Below, piece after piece: positions 27,631 to 36,865 of a stretch of 58,443 nt of DNA; the stretch's first letter is position 1; every line of letters starts with the position of its first letter. The translations under genes were made by a program, and so were the position numbers. The stretch comes from an uncultured archaeon (lineage in GTDB: Archaea > Asgardarchaeota > Lokiarchaeia > Sigyniarchaeales > SOKP01). Below the pieces are notes generated by a model. That model saw nothing but the letters and a program-made list of their open reading frames with translations, ran no database searches and was not told the origin of the DNA. The stretch is from positions 1 through 58,443 of the forward strand of contig CAZWEM010000024.1 in assembly GCA_964632315.1 (NCBI GenBank), read 5' to 3'.

Positions 27631-29295
27631 TTGAAGAACGATGTATTTACTTTTTTAGTTGGTGGAAAAGCTGGAGAAGGGGTTAAGAAAGCGGGCTCTG
27701 TTGCTGCACACATGTTTTCACGCTTAGGTCGCCATATATTTCAATTAGATGATTACATGAGCTTAATAAGGGGTGGCCATAACTTTGCAGCTGTTAGTAC
27801 TGCACCAAGATGGATAAGTAGTCAGTATCTAAATGCTAACCTAGTAATCAATTTTGATAAACGAAGTTATGAGACTCATGTGGATGATATTGCTGAGGAT
27901 GGATTAGTCATATTCAATTCGGATGAACAAGAAGATGTTAAGGGAATAGGTGTCCCATTAACGTCCGAAGCAGAGAAGTATCCCATGAAAGAATTGATGC
28001 TAGGAGTTGGAGCAGTTGCAATATTAGCTTCAACAATTGGTCTAAAGAAGGAAGAAATGAACCAAATAATTAAAAGTGAATATCCAAGTGGAATCGAAAA
28101 TAATATTAAATTTGCAGATAGGATTCTTGAGATTGTAAAAGACGAATGCGAGAACAAATTTCCGTTAGAGAGAGGAGATAAGGAACGGAAAATATTAACC
28201 GGGAATCAGACAATAAGTTTAGGGGCAATAGCTGGTGGTTTGAATGTCTATTATGGATACCCCATGACGCCAGCATCCTCAATATTACATTTTCTTGCCA
28301 GTCAAGCACCTGAGTATGGATTGGCTGTAGTTCATCCAGAGAGCGAATTAGCAGTAATTAACCTTGCCATTGGATCAGCATTCACGGGAGCAAGAACAAT
28401 GGTGGGTACGAGTGGGGGAGGCTATGCATTGATGACAGAGGGATATTCCTTAGCTGGTATGAGTGAAGCCCCAGTATTGATTGTTTTGTCCCAAAGACCT
28501 GGTCCTGCAACTGGGGTGCCTACATATACAGAACAAGCAGACTTATCATTTGCATTAAATACTGGGCATGGTGATTTTTTACGGATAGTAGCGTCTCCTG
28601 GAACAATTGAAGAGGCATACTTTTTAACAGCCGAAATGTTGGATATAGTTTGGAAGTTTCAAACTCCTGGCATTTTGCTTACTGAAAAGCATTTATCAGA
28701 AAGCAGCATGACGATCGATATTGATGCGAATAAAGCAAAATGGGCAGAACCAAGGCTTCATCAGAATGGAAAATATAAAAGATACTTAGAAACCGATGAT
28801 GGAGTATCTCCATTGTTATTTCCTATATCTGATGAAATAATAAAGTGGAATTCTTATGAACATGACGAACTGGGAATAACGACTGAGAATCCAACGTTAG
28901 TGTCTAAAATGCATTCTAAAAGGAATCGAAAGGTCAATTCATTCATTGATTACATGAAAAAAGAACTAAAGACAGTTAATATTGTACGCGGGGAGCATCC
29001 AACTAACGTATTTACCTATGGTTCCACTTACATGAGTGTTATGGAAGCGTGTAAATATGGAGATTTAAATCCAACAATTGTTCAACCTATTTATTTAAGA
29101 CCTTTACCAAATTGGGACTTGGAAGAATTTATCAATCAAGATAACATCGTTGTGGAGCAGAGTGTCTCGGGTCAATTTACATCTCTATTAAAAGAAAAAG
29201 CTGATCTACAAATAAGACAAACAATCAAACAATACGATGGAAGACCCTTTGATCCCATAGTATTATCTCAAAAACTTAAGGAGGTGCTTCAGTAA
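27631..29295 (+). CDS. 2-oxoacid:ferredoxin oxidoreductase alpha (gamma-alpha fusion)
   Basis: GGKAGEGV, SLIRGGHN, GYPMTPAS, ESELA, TSGGG, QRPGPATG.PT. Confidence 0.92.
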   Translation: MKNDVFTFLVGGKAGEGVKKAGSVAAHMFSRLGRHIFQLDDYMSLIRGGHNFAAVSTAPRWISSQYLNANLVINFDKRSYETHVDDIAEDGLVIFNSDEQEDVKGIGVPLTSEAEKYPMKELMLGVGAVAILASTIGLKKEEMNQIIKSEYPSGIENNIKFADRILEIVKDECENKFPLERGDKERKILTGNQTISLGAIAGGLNVYYGYPMTPASSILHFLASQAPEYGLAVVHPESELAVINLAIGSAFTGARTMVGTSGGGYALMTEGYSLAGMSEAPVLIVLSQRPGPATGVPTYTEQADLSFALNTGHGDFLRIVASPGTIEEAYFLTAEMLDIVWKFQTPGILLTEKHLSESSMTIDIDANKAKWAEPRLHQNGKYKRYLETDDGVSPLLFPISDEIIKWNSYEHDELGITTENPTLVSKMHSKRNRKVNSFIDYMKKELKTVNIVRGEHPTNVFTYGSTYMSVMEACKYGDLNPTIVQPIYLRPLPNWDLEEFINQDNIVVEQSVSGQFTSLLKEKADLQIRQTIKQYDGRPFDPIVLSQKLKEVLQ

Positions 29296-29296
29296 T

Positions 29297-30133
29297 ATGG
29301 AGGAATTAAAAACCGGGGCTGAAATAACGTGGTGTCCTGGTTGTGGAAACTTTGCAATTAAGACCGCAGTCCAAAAAGCTGTACTTCAATTAGAGGAAAA
29401 AGGAAATAATAGAAATAACGTGATGATCACTGCTGGTATTGGGTGTCATGCTAAGATTTTTGATTACCTTAACTTGAGTGGACTATATGGATTGCATGGT
29501 CGAAATAGTTCGAATGCTGAGGGAATGAAAATTGCTAATCCCGATTTGAATGTACTCAGTTTCTCTGGAGATGGCAATGGTTTAGGTGAAGGACTTGAGC
29601 ACACTCTATTTGCTGCAAAGCGCAATCAAGATATAACGATCATTTTACACAATAATAGCGTATATGCGCTTACAACTGGTCAATTTTCTCCGTTAACAGA
29701 AAAGGGTTGGGAAGGTCCATCTACCCCAAGAGGAAGTTTCGAAACACCATTCAATGCAATTTCATTGTTGATTGAAGCTGGTGCTACTTTTGTCGCTAGG
29801 TGTTTTTCAGGTCAAGTAACACATTTAACAGAGACTTTAGTCAAGGCTATTGAGCATAAAGGTTTTTCCTTTATCGAAGTGTTACAACCAGCAATACCCT
29901 ATCACGAATGGAAAGAATATAGGGATAATGTTGAATTTTTAGACGAAAAGCCTAAAACAAAAGAAGACGCATTAAAAGTCGCTAGGGATTCAAATCGATT
30001 TACTTTAGGAGTGTTTTATCAAGAGGATAAAAAGCCTTATCATAAAGCTTTATACGGAGATCTTAACCCTGTCGTGAATAGTCCTTCTAGAGATGAAAGG
30101 TTAAATAAAATACGAAAATTTCTTGAACCTTAA
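29297..30133 (+). CDS. 2-oxoacid:ferredoxin oxidoreductase beta
   Basis: WCPGCGN, GIGC, LHGR, GDG...NNSVYALTTGQ.SP TPP-binding motif. Confidence 0.92.
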   Translation: MEELKTGAEITWCPGCGNFAIKTAVQKAVLQLEEKGNNRNNVMITAGIGCHAKIFDYLNLSGLYGLHGRNSSNAEGMKIANPDLNVLSFSGDGNGLGEGLEHTLFAAKRNQDITIILHNNSVYALTTGQFSPLTEKGWEGPSTPRGSFETPFNAISLLIEAGATFVARCFSGQVTHLTETLVKAIEHKGFSFIEVLQPAIPYHEWKEYRDNVEFLDEKPKTKEDALKVARDSNRFTLGVFYQEDKKPYHKALYGDLNPVVNSPSRDERLNKIRKFLEP

Positions 30134-30139
30134 AATCTT

Positions 30140-31579
30140 ATGAAAAATATGGACTTAAAAAGTCTTTTCAAACCAAAGACAATGGCAGTTGTGGGTATCA
30201 GCAAAAAAAACCCCCTAAGCCCTGGAAGGATCATTTTCATTAAAAATGTGTTTGAAATGCAAGTTGAAACATATGGAATTCATCCTGAGGGTGGAGAAAT
30301 AGAAGGTGTTGAGCTTTATAGGAGCTTAAAGGAATTACCAAAAACTCCCGATGTTTTAGTAATTGCGATACCTGCCAAAGCTACATTAGATTATGTTCAA
30401 CAATGTGCCGATTACGAAATTCCGGGTTGCATAATCATCAGTGGTGGATTTGCAGAAATTGGGGGAGAAGGAATAACACGTCAAAAAAACCTTGTTCAAA
30501 TTGCCACGGACAATGATATAGCAATTCTTGGTCCCAATTGCATTGGAGTTTATTCACCACCGTTATTAGATACCATATTTATGCCAACAGAACGCATCAC
30601 ACGTCCACCCAAAGGCTCAGTTGCATTAATTAGCCAAAGTGGTGGAGTACTCGTTGATCAATTTTTCCATAAATTTAATCAATTTAACATAGGGGTTTCT
30701 ACTGCAGTTTCAATTGGAAATCGAGCGGTAGTAGATGAAGCAATGCTTTTAGAATATTTTAGCAAGTATGATGACGAAACGACCAATATTGCGTTTTATT
30801 TGGAAGCATTTAAACCATCAAAAAGTAGAGAATTTCTTAAATTGGCAAAGCATTCGAAAGACGACGTTATCTTGTATTTCGGAGGGTTATCTGATAAAGG
30901 AAAAAAAGCAACTCAATCTCATACAGCAAGTCTATCTGGCGATGCAAAAGTTCTCCAAGCAGCTTTAAAGCAAAACTTAATTATACAGCCATTAACTGAA
31001 CTTGAGTTATTAACTGATTTAAAGTTATTGGATGTTTTATCTCGTAGGAAAAAGCCATTCGACCCAAATAGTGTTATAGATGGTAACGTCGCTATATTAT
31101 CATTGTCTGGAGGCCATGGAGTTATTTGCGCGGATCTATTGAAAGAATACGGATTGAAAGCAGTTGATTTTACCGAAGAAGAACAGCAAGAAATGAGAGA
31201 ATTAGTAAATCCGACAGCAAAAGACATAGCATCATTTGGAAATCCCATAGATCTTACAGGATCCGCTAAAGATGAGGATTTAGAAAACATGATCACATAT
31301 TTATCAAAAATCGAAAGAATTGAGTGTATAATCGTTTTAATCTTGCCATATACTCCATCAATTTCATTCCAGATTGGAAGAAGAATTGCTAATACTGTTA
31401 CGTTTACAAGGAAAGCGTTAGTTTGCTTTATTCCTTACATACCAAAATATGGTACCATAACAGAAGCTTTAGAGTTGTCTAACATTCCTGTTTTTCACAG
31501 TATAGAAGAAGCAGTAGTAGGGGTTTCGATGCTAAAAAAGAAGAGTCGAATTTTGAAAGTTAAAGAAAAACTATCGTAG
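30140..31579 (+). CDS. ADP-forming acyl-CoA synthetase, alpha subunit
   Basis: ISGGFAE, GPNCIG, SQSGG, SHTASL phospho-His, SGG.GV..AD, NPIDLTG. Confidence 0.88.
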   Translation: MKNMDLKSLFKPKTMAVVGISKKNPLSPGRIIFIKNVFEMQVETYGIHPEGGEIEGVELYRSLKELPKTPDVLVIAIPAKATLDYVQQCADYEIPGCIIISGGFAEIGGEGITRQKNLVQIATDNDIAILGPNCIGVYSPPLLDTIFMPTERITRPPKGSVALISQSGGVLVDQFFHKFNQFNIGVSTAVSIGNRAVVDEAMLLEYFSKYDDETTNIAFYLEAFKPSKSREFLKLAKHSKDDVILYFGGLSDKGKKATQSHTASLSGDAKVLQAALKQNLIIQPLTELELLTDLKLLDVLSRRKKPFDPNSVIDGNVAILSLSGGHGVICADLLKEYGLKAVDFTEEEQQEMRELVNPTAKDIASFGNPIDLTGSAKDEDLENMITYLSKIERIECIIVLILPYTPSISFQIGRRIANTVTFTRKALVCFIPYIPKYGTITEALELSNIPVFHSIEEAVVGVSMLKKKSRILKVKEKLS

Positions 31580-31805
31580 AAACTAAAATTATTTTAGTTA
31601 AATCTTTTTTTAAAAGTATCTCAGTAACTTTTTAAAAGATTTTAGAGTTTTTAATTGAATCTCGTGATCTAAAATTAAAGGTAAGCAGAAATCCTTATTT
31701 CTTTTAAGAATTAGATTTAAATAAGGAAAAAAAATAAGAGTGCTTAGATTAAATTCTTTTAAATAGCCAGTTTTTACCAAAAGAAAATTAAAAGGAGGAA
31801 TAGAT

Positions 31806-32081
31806 TTGACAGATTTAAAAGTTGTTAAAAGGGATGGAAGTATCGTCGATTTTGACGCTAAAAAAGTATATGATGCGTGTATATCAGCGGGAGCAACAAA
31901 AAAGATTGCTGAAGAAGTCATGAATTCCGTAGTTGAAGATTTGCATCATATTAAAAGCGAAACTATTAGACGAAGAATTCTTAAAAGATTAAAAAAACTG
32001 GATAAAGAAGTCGCAGATAACTTGATAAAGTATGATATTGAACATCCAAGATATAATGAAGATGAATTTCTAAAATTTTAA
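31806..32081 (+). CDS. stand-alone ATP-cone domain protein
   Basis: VVKRDG..VDFD..K.....AGA; GGAGG upstream of the TTG start. Confidence 0.85.
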   Translation: MTDLKVVKRDGSIVDFDAKKVYDACISAGATKKIAEEVMNSVVEDLHHIKSETIRRRILKRLKKLDKEVADNLIKYDIEHPRYNEDEFLKF

Positions 32082-32111
32082 AGACGTGAAAAGATTTCAT
32101 TCAAAGAAATA

Positions 32112-32495
32112 GTGTTATATTTGCTGATAATAATATGGTCAATTTCGATATTATTTTTTGAGATTATTGGATATTATTCATATCTCATGGTTGCAAATGT
32201 GATTATCGCAACTGTCTTCTCGGCTCTAATTGCGTACAATGGTCTCGTGAATTCTCATGCATCAAATTGGTTTAGAGGACTTACGGGATTACTTGAAATC
32301 ATATTAGGATTTGTTATAATATTTATTGATTTCAACTTAACCTCTATAGGGATTTTGTGGTTGCTTGGAGCTGAATTAATTGGATTGAGTTTTGCTAGTG
32401 TTCTAAAGGGGAGGTCTTCGGAGACAGGAGCAGCTTCCACAAAAAGGCCTGATACATTTGATCCAGAACCTTCACCTGAACCAAATCCTTTTTAA
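32112..32495 (+). CDS. small membrane protein (HdeD/DUF308-like)
   Basis: three or four hydrophobic helices, Pro-rich tail; start uncertain. Confidence 0.5.
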   Translation: MLYLLIIIWSISILFFEIIGYYSYLMVANVIIATVFSALIAYNGLVNSHASNWFRGLTGLLEIILGFVIIFIDFNLTSIGILWLLGAELIGLSFASVLKGRSSETGAASTKRPDTFDPEPSPEPNPF

Positions 32496-32692
32496 TTCCT
32501 TTATGAAATGGATCTTTTTTTTATATATTATGATAATAACTCTATAGAATTTAAGCATATATTCGATATACTCATAAAATTTTATGCTTTTACCCAAAAT
32601 CTAACCTAGTTGATTTTATAGATATAATAGATAAAATTTTTAAAGATTTTTTTATGATACATTTATAAATTCAAATAAATAGAGGTGAAACT

Positions 32693-32983
32693 TTGACCTT
32701 AGGAAAGCTACCAATCATTCTTTCAAGGATTAGTAAGGAAGATCTTGATAAACAAATACTTAGAACGGGAATTTTAGCAGAGTTGGATGCAATAAATTTA
32801 TATGAACAAATGGCTAATATGACTGAAAATGAGGCGCTTAAACAAGTTCTATTGGATGTAGCAAAAGAAGAGAAAGAACATGTCGGTGAATTTCAATATC
32901 TTTTATTGGAACATGATACTCAACAAGCAGAAATGCTAGAAAATGGAAAGAATGAAGTTAAAGAAATGTTAGGCGAAAAATAA
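32693..32983 (+). CDS. short ferritin-like protein (EncFtn/rubrerythrin-like half bundle)
   Basis: AELDAINLYEQ...EEKEHVGEF di-iron ligand pattern; GAGGTGA RBS. Confidence 0.85.
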   Translation: MTLGKLPIILSRISKEDLDKQILRTGILAELDAINLYEQMANMTENEALKQVLLDVAKEEKEHVGEFQYLLLEHDTQQAEMLENGKNEVKEMLGEK

Positions 32984-33025
32984 TTAATTATCTTTTTTGT
33001 TTTATTTATTTATAGGAATTTAATC

Positions 33026-33826
33026 GTGATTCATATGATAACCCAATTAACCTTTGACTTATTGATTTTGACGATTATTTTAGGGTTTATAGGAGGCCTT
33101 TTTGATAATTCCTTTGGGATGGGATATGGATTACTCACTCCAATATTTTTCTCCTTAGGATTTTCACTACTAGTTATTGTTCCAACATTATTATTGTCTC
33201 AAGCGATCACTGGATTTTCGGGAGCGATTTTTCATCTTCTATTTAAAAATGTAGATTTTAAAACAGTAAAGTCAAAAGAGAGTAAAGTTGCTATTCTATT
33301 TACTTTTACAGGAATTTTAGGAATTATTTTTGCTTTACTTTTTATCATCAGCTTTCCAGTGATCGTTATGAATCTCTATTTAGGATTAATGATGATTTCA
33401 GTGGGACTTATAGTATTATTTAATCTCAGTCTAGTTGATTCCTGGAAGAGATTATACTTCATTGCGGCAATTGCTGGTTTTAATAAAGCTATATCAGGTG
33501 GAGGTTATGGTACTTTAGTCACTAGTGGACAGTTAATGACTGGGTCCAAGGTACGCAACTCTATCGGAGCGACACAATTATCTGAAGCGATCCTCTCAAT
33601 ATTGAGTTATATACTTTATATTTCTAGTTTGATCGATTTTTCAGAAACTATATTGACTATTCAGTTATCTTTAATTATGATTATCTCTGGTGTAGCTGCT
33701 TCCCCGATTGGGGCATTGATTGCAAAAAAATTAAAGGAAGAAACGGCTCGTAAGGTTGTTGGGATCCTTTCAGTAAGTTTAGGTGCAATAAGTTTGATAA
33801 GAATTTTCACGATTGGCATATTCTAA
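33026..33826 (+). CDS. TauE/SafE (TSUP) family sulfite exporter
   Basis: D.SFGMGYG.LTP and ISGGGYG repeats; multi-pass membrane. Confidence 0.85.
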   Translation: MIHMITQLTFDLLILTIILGFIGGLFDNSFGMGYGLLTPIFFSLGFSLLVIVPTLLLSQAITGFSGAIFHLLFKNVDFKTVKSKESKVAILFTFTGILGIIFALLFIISFPVIVMNLYLGLMMISVGLIVLFNLSLVDSWKRLYFIAAIAGFNKAISGGGYGTLVTSGQLMTGSKVRNSIGATQLSEAILSILSYILYISSLIDFSETILTIQLSLIMIISGVAASPIGALIAKKLKEETARKVVGILSVSLGAISLIRIFTIGIF

Positions 33827-33866
33827 ATTACTAAAATCATATAAAATTAGGATAAAAAGACTGAAC

Positions 33867-33888
33867 GGGAATATTTTATAATATTCCC
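33867..33888. terminator. perfect hairpin between convergent transcription units
   Basis: GGGAATATT-TTAT-AATATTCCC. Confidence 0.45.
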
Positions 33889-33958
33889 ATTTCTTGAAAA
33901 ATTAAACTGCTGTGCATCCCCTCTATTAATTCTTCATACATTGCGACAAGATATGATA

Positions 33959-33973
33959 TATAAATATTCGGAT
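33959..33973 (-). promoter_or_regulatory. BRE-TATA-like element, identical to the one at 45399-45413
   Basis: minus strand ATCCGAATATTTATA occurs at both loci. Confidence 0.45.
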
Positions 33974-34031
33974 CTTTGAAAAAAATAAAAAATAGACAAA
34001 GTTTTGAGATTAAAAATTAGGAATTAAACAT

Positions 34032-34955
34032 TTATATCGATGCGAAAGATTTAAGTTCTTTAATTCTCGATCTCAATGTTACTTCTGAAATTCCCGTTAC
34101 TTTACAAATTTCTTTTTGAGTTCGTGGTTGATTTACTTGTTGTGCACAAAGATATAGGGCTGCTGCGGCGAATCCTTTTGGATCTTTTCCACTAGTTCTC
34201 ATTCCTTGTGTTTTGCAGCGATCAATCAATTCTAAGGCAATATTTTGGCATTCCATTGATAATTTTAATTCTTTATGATGTCTGATTATAAATTTATTTG
34301 AAGAAATTATTTTTGGTTTGACTTCAATTAAAGGAAGGATTTCTTCATGTATAGCTTTGAAATTCTTCATTAAATCTTTCGGAGTGATTTGAGCAGCATC
34401 ACATATTTCCTCAACAGATCTAGCTAATTTATAGATCTTTATAGCTGTATAAAAGGAAGCTGCTAAAATATTATCAATACCTCTTCCTAAAGTCAATTTT
34501 TTCTTTACAGATAACGTATATATCTTATAAGCTTCTTGTGTTGCGTGAGTAGGTAAATCTAACTTACTTGCTAGTATCTTGAATTTGGGTAATGCTATCC
34601 ATAAATTTCTCTCTAAACTAGTTCGCAGACCCCTATTTATTTTTGCAAGTCTATGAAATTTATTATAAGAATCAGGAGACAAGTCATTTCCTTTTCCATC
34701 TTTATATGAGTTAAAAATCGTTCGAGGACCAATAGGGGTTAAAACTTTTTCATTTTGACGTCGAGTATTTTTCTCATATATCGAATAATTACCTTTAGGT
34801 AATTCCCTAACTATTGGTGAAATAATTGTGCCACAATTCGAACAAACATTAAAACCATCTTTTTCAATAAGATTTTGGCTCACGCAACAATTCTCAAGGC
34901 TCTCAGTGTCTTCAATAATCGGTCTCCATTTAGTAATTGATTTTACATAGGTCAT
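34032..34955 (-). CDS. tfb: transcription initiation factor IIB paralogue
   Basis: Zn ribbon CC...CSNCG, ERNL..AL, two cyclin repeats (LGRG...AAS.Y; SGKDP.G.AAAALY), TQKEI...GISEVTLR.R.KEL. Confidence 0.9.
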   Translation of the reverse strand: MTYVKSITKWRPIIEDTESLENCCVSQNLIEKDGFNVCSNCGTIISPIVRELPKGNYSIYEKNTRRQNEKVLTPIGPRTIFNSYKDGKGNDLSPDSYNKFHRLAKINRGLRTSLERNLWIALPKFKILASKLDLPTHATQEAYKIYTLSVKKKLTLGRGIDNILAASFYTAIKIYKLARSVEEICDAAQITPKDLMKNFKAIHEEILPLIEVKPKIISSNKFIIRHHKELKLSMECQNIALELIDRCKTQGMRTSGKDPKGFAAAALYLCAQQVNQPRTQKEICKVTGISEVTLRSRIKELKSFASI

Positions 34956-35006
34956 TTCTATTTTATTCCTCTTTTTATCTAAAATTTTCTTTTATCCTTT
35001 TTGCTT

Positions 35007-35492
35007 TCAGTGTAAAAGGCAGTCACACTCTTCTTTTTCAAAATCTAAGGGAACAACAAAATCTTTTAAAAAATCAGTGATCATCTGGATTGAGATATTG
35101 CTAATAAATGGTTTTGATCTGAAATGATAGTTTACAATCTTATCGAGATCCTCTATTTTATCGCTGACAAGTAAGATAAAAAAGTTATTAATTCCACTTA
35201 ATCGAAATGTTTGAATCATGTAAGGACATTTAGAAATGATATCATAAACCTTATCTGGATCTTTTGTTTGAAGCTCAACGATTCCGAAAAATAGATCAAT
35301 TTTGCTCAAATTGAAACCTGCTCTATAGGTCAAAGCACCTGATTCTTCTAACCGCTTGATTCGCATACCAACAGTAGGTTGACTGCGTTTTACATATTCT
35401 GCGATTTTTGTATGGGTAATATTTGGCTTTTTTTGAACAACTTCAACAATTTTTTTATCAATTTCATCCAAGGACAAATTTTTACTTAACAT
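35007..35492 (-). CDS. Lrp/AsnC family transcriptional regulator
   Basis: LDEIDKKI...IA..V..SQPTV..RIKRLEESG HTH plus RAM-like domain. Confidence 0.88.
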   Translation of the reverse strand: MLSKNLSLDEIDKKIVEVVQKKPNITHTKIAEYVKRSQPTVGMRIKRLEESGALTYRAGFNLSKIDLFFGIVELQTKDPDKVYDIISKCPYMIQTFRLSGINNFFILLVSDKIEDLDKIVNYHFRSKPFISNISIQMITDFLKDFVVPLDFEKEECDCLLH

Positions 35493-35804
35493 TTCTATTC
35501 TTCTCTAATAATTTTTTATTATGCTATATTATGACTTCGTGATATTTAAATATTTCAGTATTGTGATATCATATTGATCAATCAGGCTAGGGACCTTAAA
35601 AATCGGGTTTTATTTAACAAAATTGAAAATTCTGAGCGATTAAGGGGCATACAATTGAAAATTAAAATGATATTCATTAACTTATTGAGTTTAATTTATG
35701 AGAATTAGTAAATAATTGATCTTTTAGCTTGGAATTGTCGGTATAAAAAAATATTATATTATATAAGCGAATAAATTAAATTTTCAGTTTAAACCACTAA
35801 AAGT

Positions 35805-36644
35805 ATGAGAACAGTAGAGTTAGCTTCAACAGGGGAACAAATACCAGTGATAGGTCAAGGACTTTGGGGTGTCTCAAGGTTAAAAAGCCTTTTTTCAGGT
35901 AAATCATATTATAATGAAATAAAGTCTGCATTAAAAAAAGGCATTGAACTGGGGTTAACACACTTGGATACTGCTGAGATTTATGGATTTGGTAAAGCAG
36001 AAGGAGTATTAGGTGATGTAATTAGGAATTATTCCCGTGATGATCTTTTTATCACCACAAAACTCTTCCCATTTCACCTTAGAAAAAAATCGATGAAAAA
36101 TGCATTAAAAAAGAGTCTTCGGAGGTTAGGTCTTGACTATGTTGATCTGTATCTAATCCATTGGCCTTCAAAAATCATACCTATCGAAAAAGAAATGGCT
36201 GTGCTTGAAGATTTAGTCAAAAAAGGATGGACTCGCTATATTGGAGTCAGTAATTTTAGCGTAGAACAATTTAAAACCGCACAAGAGGCTCTTAAAAAAG
36301 AAGAGTTGGTGAACAATCAACTCCACATTAATATCACAAATCAAAAACACATTCACGATTCGTTACCTTACTATAAGAAAAATAATATTACTGTTACAGC
36401 ATATAGCCCTCTTGGTCATGGTGGTTTCTCAGAATTAAGTGGTGATATTAAGAATAAGTTAGAGGAAATTTCCAAACGCTATGATGCTAGTATTCAACAG
36501 ATAGCAATTGCGTGGCTAATTAACCATGAGAATATCATAACCATTCCTAAGGCTTTTAATATTGATCACATCGTTGATAATTCAAAAGCAGCAGATATTA
36601 ACCTTTCACTCGAAGATATCGAAAGCTTTTATAAATTTAAGTAA
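35805..36644 (+). CDS. aldo/keto reductase
   Basis: LDTAEIYG, LFITTK, SLRRLGLDYVDLYLIHWP, IGVSNF, AYSPLG, IPK. Confidence 0.93.
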   Translation: MRTVELASTGEQIPVIGQGLWGVSRLKSLFSGKSYYNEIKSALKKGIELGLTHLDTAEIYGFGKAEGVLGDVIRNYSRDDLFITTKLFPFHLRKKSMKNALKKSLRRLGLDYVDLYLIHWPSKIIPIEKEMAVLEDLVKKGWTRYIGVSNFSVEQFKTAQEALKKEELVNNQLHINITNQKHIHDSLPYYKKNNITVTAYSPLGHGGFSELSGDIKNKLEEISKRYDASIQQIAIAWLINHENIITIPKAFNIDHIVDNSKAADINLSLEDIESFYKFK

Positions 36645-36865
36645 AACAAATCTGTTTTTTACTCAATTTAATTTTACACACTCAAAAATTCCAGTTGATA
36701 TTTAAAATTGTGGCTTAAAATATAGATAAATGAGATAATCTTGAAAACATGGAGTTTTTCAACTATTTCCTTTTGATCATCGCAAGAAGTAACAATAAAT
36801 AGAAAAAAAAGTTATAAATCTTAGTTAAACACATGTTTTAAATGTAAAAAAATCTAAGTATAATA

